Notes under the pieces: generated by a model
Told to the model about the DNA's origin: nothing
The model's database searches: none
Seen by the model: the letters and a program-made list of their open reading frames with translations, nothing else
Program-made: the position numbers and the translations under genes
Shown: one piece after another, positions 56,707 to 64,000 of the stretch
Layout of the letters: each line of letters opens with the position of its first letter
How positions within the stretch are numbered: the stretch's first letter is position 1
Assembly (NCBI GenBank): GCA_904063045.1
Contig: CAJFCJ010000001.1
Span: forward strand, 2,418,001 to 2,482,000
Reading direction: 5' to 3'
DNA: 64,000 bases
Source: Dimorphilus gyrociliatus
Lineage: Eukaryota > Animalia > Annelida

Positions 56707-58510
56707 TAAAGGATTTTTAATAGCTTTTTTCTCTATTTAACGTGCTCTTTATAAGAAAAATTGTCATTTCTTACTTTTGATTATTAGGATTATTTGAATT
56801 TGTTTGAACTGATGGTGGTCGAGACATTCTGGGTGGCAAGGCTGGGCTATACTGAGGTGGATGTCTATAGCTCGGTGTTGGTTTTCTGTCTTGTAGCTCC
56901 TCTGCCTCTTGTTGGAAGGCGCTGTTTACGTGTCCATTCATTTGGCCTCCTGTTTCGTTGAGCAAAGCGACTAGGTGTTGTCGTACGGCTCCCTGAACCT
57001 CTTGGCTGGGTGAAGAATAATCTGGTAATTTCTTTAGAGGTATGCTGTCGCGTCGAGGGGGTGGAGGTGGCAAGGAACTCGAAGTAACCAACGATGACGT
57101 CGTAGATCTCACCAACCTCAAATCCGGTGGTCTCTGCTACAATTAAATAAGTATTAAAAAACTATGCCAAGTGATGGATGAAGGATAGCAAGTAGCTGAC
57201 GATAAGAAGGACAATATTTGATGGAAACATAAACGTGTACACTCTCTCTTTTAACGAACGCATTCAGGCGTCTTTTCCCAAAATCACGCACGCATTCGTG
57301 TTTACGGTTGGCCTTTATGCTTGAAAGAGTCTACCCCTTTTTCAACGTCGCTTTATTAACCGAAAATTGGTTTAATTGAAGAAATTAAAAGGCGAAAATT
57401 CTTTACCTAGGTGTGATATTTTAAAGTCTATTCAAGTTTAAAAGGTTTAAACGAAGAAGAAATGAATAGTTAGTTAGTTATATATAGTTTAGCTAGCTAG
57501 CTAGCTGGTTAGATTGATAGATAGAGTCTATGTAAAATATAGAATATTGAACAGGCTCTTATCACGTTTTATCTATTAACTTATAAAATAATATGTCAAT
57601 CTTGCACCTGAATTTAGTGCTCTGTTCAAAGTTTTTAACTAGAACTAAATATACGAACCGAATAAGCCATTGGAATAATATTTACAACTAAGTTTCTTAG
57701 ACTATGAATAACGTATGTGTAAATATGACTAAGTAGTAAACATTTCTTTCTCTCTCCCCTTCCCCCGCCCTCTCTCTCTCTCTCTCTTTCAAAATTTTTA
57801 TTAAATACTCTTTCCTTCCTTCCTCTCTCTCTACCTTTCTCTGCTTTCCTATTCTCTTTCGCTCTTAATCGATTGCTTTTATACCAGTTTACTATTTTCT
57901 CTTTGAAAATTTGCCCATTATGTAATTAACTATTGTTATTTAAAAGTTTTTATTTACCACCTCAATTAAAAGGAAGGTCTTAATAAGAGTCTCTTTTTTA
58001 CTCCTCTTTTATAACAAAAGAATCAAAGGTCAACGTTATTCTCACCTCTCGTTCACAAATGAAAGAGAGAAAAATACCTAAATGTAACGCCTGATAGAAC
58101 TCAACTATAAAAAAAATAAAGAAATAAATAAACAGATACCTTTTTTGAATAGACGCTGTCTTTAAAGGATCAAAGCCTTCTGACCTTAAGACGCACCTAT
58201 GACATCTCTCTTTCGTAGAGAAAATACTTGGTATATAGGCAACAGACGGATTGGTCGGTTGTGCCGATTTTTTAAAGAATGTTTTACCTTATTCGTAAAT
58301 ATTAAAAAAAAAAAGAAAAGGTTAGAGATTGGGATAAGAAAGTGCCTAAAATCACGAACAACCGAAATATAAACAATAAGGAATAAAGAGATTGCCTTTA
58401 ATGTTTGTTTAAAATAGGCCTACAATAACGTTGAAAACATTAGTAAAACAGTCGACTTGAACAAGGCTGAACAAGCTTACCTCTAACCGCCGGTTTTGAG
58501 TTTGATACAT
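54033..58510 (-). CDS. Proline-rich scaffold with coiled segment and C-terminal SAM domain (resembles the C-terminus of invertebrate SKIP/SASH1-like proteins)
   Basis: Exons 58510-58481, 57136-56775, 55814-54563, 54200-54033 join in phase. RLESHVVTLARSVAHLSSE, LTKFFGEEPPLLKLFLKNLGYE/KY..IGMLELPYMTEERLSKIGIPMGPRIRIL. Confidence 0.75.
56662..56706. repeat. (CT)n microsatellite, intronic
   Basis: Seen directly. Confidence 0.9.
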
Positions 58511-60046
58511 GGCTTTTTTTATAGGATTTTAGGTGGTTTTTTTTATTTTTTCAATGTTTATCCTCTTATATTATAACAATTAATCTTTACATATTCCGGA
58601 TTGAACAAATGTCTCTTTTAATGCAATAAAATATATCTTTTTCTCTATTCTCTGGATTATTTGGGAAGCACGTTTATTTTCCAGGCGGCCATGATCGATC
58701 ACCGTATAGAAGCTCAATTACTGCTTATTGAATTTTTCTCTAAAAAGGAACGTGCCAGGGCAGGTGCTTGTATTTATCGTTGCTCGATAGACGGCGCTGC
58801 TCGTGTCTTTTATAGTTTTATTCAATACGAACTATTTAAATAGAGGGTTACCCTCCCCTATTCCCATTTTCCCCCTTCTGCCTTCTCCGTTCAATCTTTG
58901 CTTACCCGCATCAAGCCTCTTAAACTTTCAAGATCGCTTATTGATAGTGGAGGGAAAATACTCCAACGCTAAGCGATCGTTCGAAAGCTATCTGCCAATT
59001 GAATTGAAAATATCTTCAACAAAAAGATAAACTAAATCTGGCCTTTGTTATATTGCAGTGCAATATTTACATTCTTTTATTGGGAGGCAAATAAAAATTC
59101 AGCCTACAACTAGTACGCGTTCAAACAATAAAAAAAAAGAAGGGAAGATGCAAAGGATCAAAAGAGAGAGAGAGGCATTCTTATTTAATATTATAAATTT
59201 ATATATAGCATACATTAGTTAGTGCGTTATTGATTGAATAAAATAATATTTTATCTTAACTTGATCGCCCTTCGTCCTCTCTCAACATACTTTTTTTAAA
59301 CAAATTTACTATTTTCCTTCCAATGTTAACACTCTTATTCATTCTCACTCTATTCCTATTATCTTCACTATTATCTAGTTTTGACAAGGATAAAGCGCTG
59401 TTAAAGACACAAAAGTTTACTTATTCAAGTATAATTATAGATGAACATTTACTAAGAATAGATCAGTAATCATTATCAACTTATTTGCTAATTTATAGAT
59501 TATTCTTTTATCTCGCATACTCTCTCCTCTTTCTCTTCCACCTATTCCCTTGTTTTTCATACCCTTTGAAGTTTAACGATTTCTTTCCGGTCAATCCTGC
59601 ACTAGTAGTTTACTTGAAATTTCTAACGCAAAGTATCAAAATTCCTTTTTGATAAACCGCACTTTGTTATTGAACTACAGTGAAGAGATTGTCTATGGAT
59701 TTCCTTTTAAGTGGTCTCTTATTTTTTGAGAGTTTAAGCCTAACTAAAGAAAATAAAGTATCAAGAAATACAGTAATACTATAGATATATAGATATAAAA
59801 TATCATTTATGAATGATAATAAAGAAATTGTAATAAATAATAGTAGTATAATGCTGCTAATAGATTCAATAGAGTGCAGGAAGTTCTAGCATTTGGAGGG
59901 TTGTTGTACTGTTATTTCTTTTTTATTCGAGGTAAAATATAAAGAAAACCAAGCTGTTTGGTAGATATATTATGAGTTTAGGTCGAGTTATACAAGTAGA
60001 ATTGTTGAAAAGACCTTAATTATCTTATGTAAACGAACAAAAGCCT

Positions 60047-61439
60047 TCAATCTTCGCTATAGTGAATTTCAACCAATTGACTCAATTTAATAGATTCTTC
60101 GCATGCGTCCGCAATCTCGCTCACTCGAACCGTTGACCTTTTACAGATTTCCAACGTTTTTCCCGTTCTTACGGCGTCTATAAACGTTTCCAAAGCATTT
60201 ACATAACTTTCGGCGTATCTTGAATTGAAAGACCATTTTAGCGGAGTGCTCAATTTTCCTGATTTCGTAAACGATTCAGTAGAGTCTTGAAATTGAAAAT
60301 TAGACGTCAACATTCCAGTTTTACCATGAATCTAATTAAAATAAATAAATAGGCCGATTTTAATTAGGTTAATTAGTTGAATTAAATTGATTTACTTCGA
60401 GTCTCTGATCATAGCCAAACTCTGAGAATCGACTTATTTCTATAACACCAATAACGCCACTATCAAACTTTAAAGTTATAACGGCCGTATCCCAATCATT
60501 CATTTCACGAATTCTACTATCGTGAGCTGTTGCAACCGCAAATACTGATTTAGGATATTCATTTAAAATCCAACAAATCATATCGATATCGTGAACTGCA
60601 CAGTCGTGAAAAAATCCACCAGATGATTTTAAATAATCCATAGAAGGTAGTGGACAATCCCTACTGCACGTTCTTATTGTATATAGTTTACCAAGATTAT
60701 CTTGTCTAATTTGTTCTTGGATTGATGAAATACTAGGATCGAATCGTCTAAAGACATAGAATGATTTATATAGGGATCATTTCAAGAGTATACTATCTAA
60801 TTGACCTGTTGAAAGAGCAGAATAATGGTAATTTAGACTTTTCAGACAAGTCGTAACATTCTTTAGTCGCCTGCAATGATTTGGAAATAGGTTTTTCACA
60901 AAATACCGCCTTTCCTATAGGACGAAATAGAAGAAGGAAAATATAATAAGGTCAATAACCTGAGACAAAAAGAAGATAATAAATTTCAAGGGAATTTACC
61001 ATTTTCCAAAGCTGTTTTTACCAAATTTTCATGCGTAAATGTTGGAGAACAGATTAGGACAGCACTAACACTAGAAATTAACAATTTAGACTTTAAATCC
61101 TAAACGAAACAGACTTATACAATAAATTTACAAAAAAGCTATATTTAAAATACAGATGGCGTTAATGTGTAAACGTGTGTGTATGTTTTTTTACAATTTT
61201 CAATATCGTGTTCTCTTAATTACTACTTACTTTTCATCATCAAACACCAATTGAGTTTCGTTCGGTGTGCAACAACGTGTACCATCAAGACAGTATTTAT
61301 TGATTATTTCTTTACAATGATCCAAATCTACGTCAATTAACCAAACGACTTGTATTCGAAAATTCTTGATACAATTCATTATATGAATTGATCCAGCTCG
61401 ACCTAAGCCAAAAATTGCAACACCAGTCTTTTTAGACAT
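60047..61439 (-). CDS. Gfo/Idh/MocA oxidoreductase, myo-inositol 2-dehydrogenase-like
   Basis: Exons 61439-61231, 61070-61000, 60914-60806, 60747-60396, 60331-60047. GVAIFGLGRAG, VFCEKP, FNRRFDP, SRD, GGFFHDCAVHDID and YDQRLE. Confidence 0.9.
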
Positions 61440-62233
61440 CTTTCTGATTTTCTTTTCCTAACCGTCTAGTTTCTTTTCACGTTAAGAAACGATCAGCTGT
61501 TAAAGATAGTCTTTATGTGTTATCCGAAATACTCTCTTGACAACCAGTTTATGTTTAGTTCGAGTCAAAGTTGTTTTTTTCTTATTGTTTAAATATAAAT
61601 TCTATTTATTTTAATGTCCTATTTTTATTCTAATATCAGAGAAGGTCGTCATATTTAGATATCTAAACCTAAGCTGAATACTTAATATCCATTAATTAGG
61701 TTAGAGTGTAATAACGTTCTCACCGACCTAATTGTAGTTCGTTAGAAACAAGGTTAAGCTAGGTCAATAATCTAGAGACGTGTGAATAAAACAGACATAC
61801 GAAAGAGTATAAAAGAGGAACATCCCCTAGGTGGAGTAACTTGTATTATCTTTCAAAGTACTCTGTTTATGAGCTTTAATTATCAAAATTTTGTCAGTAG
61901 GAGAGGCAAGAAGATTAGTAAAAGCCATTAAAGCTTGACATTCTTTTGTCCCCCTACCAGAACAATTTACATGTAATAAAAAAGGGCAAAGATAGTTGAA
62001 TGGACAAAGGTATATTGAAAAAAAAAATTAAGGATATCTAATACAAAAAGATAGGAAGGTTGTCTTAAAGCAGAACAAAACTCTTTAGAATTTGATGTAA
62101 GTAGGGTTTTTTTCTGTAAAAATAAAAATATATAATTTTGTTTTTTTTAAAAAAAAAAGTAATTTTCCTTTCTTTCTTTCATTCTCTTCTTTTTAATTAG
62201 GCTTTTCATTCTATTCTTCAATCTGGTTAAAAT

Positions 62234-63240
62234 ATGATCAAATTACAAATCTTCCTTATAATAGTAATATTAATGATATTCAATTGTGAATTTAAAGTAG
62301 TGATTAGCAAAGAGTAAGTATATTATTATTATTATTATTATAATATATACAATAATTTTATTAATTAATTAGACTAGAATATTCATATGTTAAACCGGAA
62401 GTGTTTATTGAATTTCACAACAGTATTAGAAGTAAAGTAAAAGCTTCGAATATGAACGAAATGGTATAATATAAACAATAATAATAGTGTATAATAAAAC
62501 TGTATATATTATATAGTATTGGGATGAAGAATTAGCATTAAAATCGGGTCGTTTAGCCAGAGAATGTAAATATAACTATCCTCAAGTTGATGGATGTAAT
62601 GGACTACTTATTGCTCACTCTCCAAGTTGTTAACATGTTAGAATTGTTGATTATTTTTTAATAGAATCTTATTTATTCAACAGTACTAGAAAATGATTTA
62701 GTAAAATATATGAATAATATATGGTGCAATAAGGATAAATACTGTAATGGTAGTAATAAGTTATATAGGTCAATAGATGAAAAAGAAAGATTTCCGAATC
62801 AAGATTGTAATCGATATTCTCGAATTATTTGGGCTGAAACAAATAAATTTGGTTGTAGTATGAACGTATGCGGAAGGATATATAATTCAACTGCCGACTG
62901 TAGTGAAACTGGATGCATACTGTTACTCTGCCTCTATTCACCTTCGTAATTATTTGATTTATTATATATATACTATATATTTTCTTTCATTTATCGATTT
63001 TATATCTTTTCTTATTTGTTTAGTTTTAGGAGTAATCAACCTAATAAAGAGATTTACTCCAAAGGGGATTGGTGCACAAGTTGCCAAGATGGATTAACTT
63101 GCGATAAAGAAGAGACAAATGGTTTATGTAGAAATAACACTAAACTGCAATTGCAACAATTATATCTATATTCAAGCGTTCAATCTGTATACCAGTTAAA
63201 TATTTTTACGTTAATTATCTCCCTAGCTAACCTTCTATAA
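62234..63240 (+). CDS. Secreted or membrane-anchored CAP (SCP/CRISP/GLIPR1-like) protein
   Basis: Exons 62234-62313 (signal peptide), 62373-62463, 62517-~62628, 62684-62945, 63030-63240. FHNSIRSKVKASNM, YWDEELA, IIWAETNKFGC, LLCLYSP, Cys-rich hinge and hydrophobic C-terminus. Confidence 0.85.
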
Positions 63241-64000
63241 ATAAAAGTTTGTAGAAAGAGAAAGTTGAGAGAGAGAGAGAGAAGTGAATAGATAGATGTA
63301 AAAGCGGGAAAATACTATCAAATTTTCCTTCTATTAGTAACAGACCTTGCGAATAAATAGCGAAATAAAGAAATCTTTCAAGGTCATATCGGCTAAAAAA
63401 AACTGTACTTTAGGGGTTAATTAATTAGGTTAAAAGCTAATTTTAGTAGCATTTAACAAGTGAAATTTTTCTCTTATGCATATATAGGACAGAGTTAGAT
63501 GTTTGAAAGTATTTAACGAGGTCTTTTCAATAGGAAATACGATAAAAAGACACAATACTCTACGAGATAAGTTTGCCTCGTTGTTAACAATTTATGGGAA
63601 ATTTTTTTTTAAAAAAAAAAGAAATACATTATTAATATTAGAAAATTAATTTATACGAATTCATTTTCTTTTGCTATTAGACTTATAATTAGAGTGTAAT
63701 TTAAGGTTCATTTAGTTATCGGACCATGAATAAAGGATGTATGAGTAATCAAAATCTGTAGAATGTATCTTCAAGGGTATCTATTTGAAACATACGAGTT
63801 GATGGTATATAAAGAGTCTTGTAACATTTGCCTGTATATTTACTGGATAAACAATCGTCTTACAAATGGGCCATGATTTCGTAAAAGTGTTGAAAATAAT
63901 TAGGTTAAAGTTTTCAGGTATAGGACCATTAATAAGGATTCTTTGTACGTTTAAACCATTCCATTTCTCTTACTTTTTATCTCTTCTTCTTTCCCTCATA

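Overview
AT-rich, gene-dense eukaryotic DNA with short GT-AG introns (mostly 50-350 nt), consistent with a compact invertebrate genome; the lineage is an inference and the species is not identifiable from sequence alone. I reconstructed 20 spliced protein-coding genes by hand. In order: DESI2 (3' part), SLC16-like transporter, NT5DC1, RAP1/TERF2IP-like, aquaporin, PIGK, orphan GPCR, CDC5L, POLR2B, pseudokinase-like gene, WDSUB1, MVD, mitochondrial-clan P450, aveugle/SAMD12-like, USF, DUF4062-NACHT-zinc protein, kinesin light chain, proline-rich SAM protein, myo-inositol 2-dehydrogenase-like, CAP-domain protein. No tRNA, rRNA, CRISPR array or transposon was recognisable. Strongest leads: (1) a STAND/NACHT protein ending in a 12-ligand Cys/His domain with the PHF5A/Rds3 zinc-knot pattern instead of WD40/TPR repeats; (2) two pairs of duplicated, probably mutually exclusive TPR exons in kinesin light chain, with a nested and competing RNA stem upstream of the first pair; (3) an AQP4-like channel lacking the ar/R histidine; (4) a Rap1 with no RCT domain; (5) a kinase-fold gene lacking HRD, DFG and the Gly-loop. 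Exon boundaries were read by eye and need RNA-seq confirmation.
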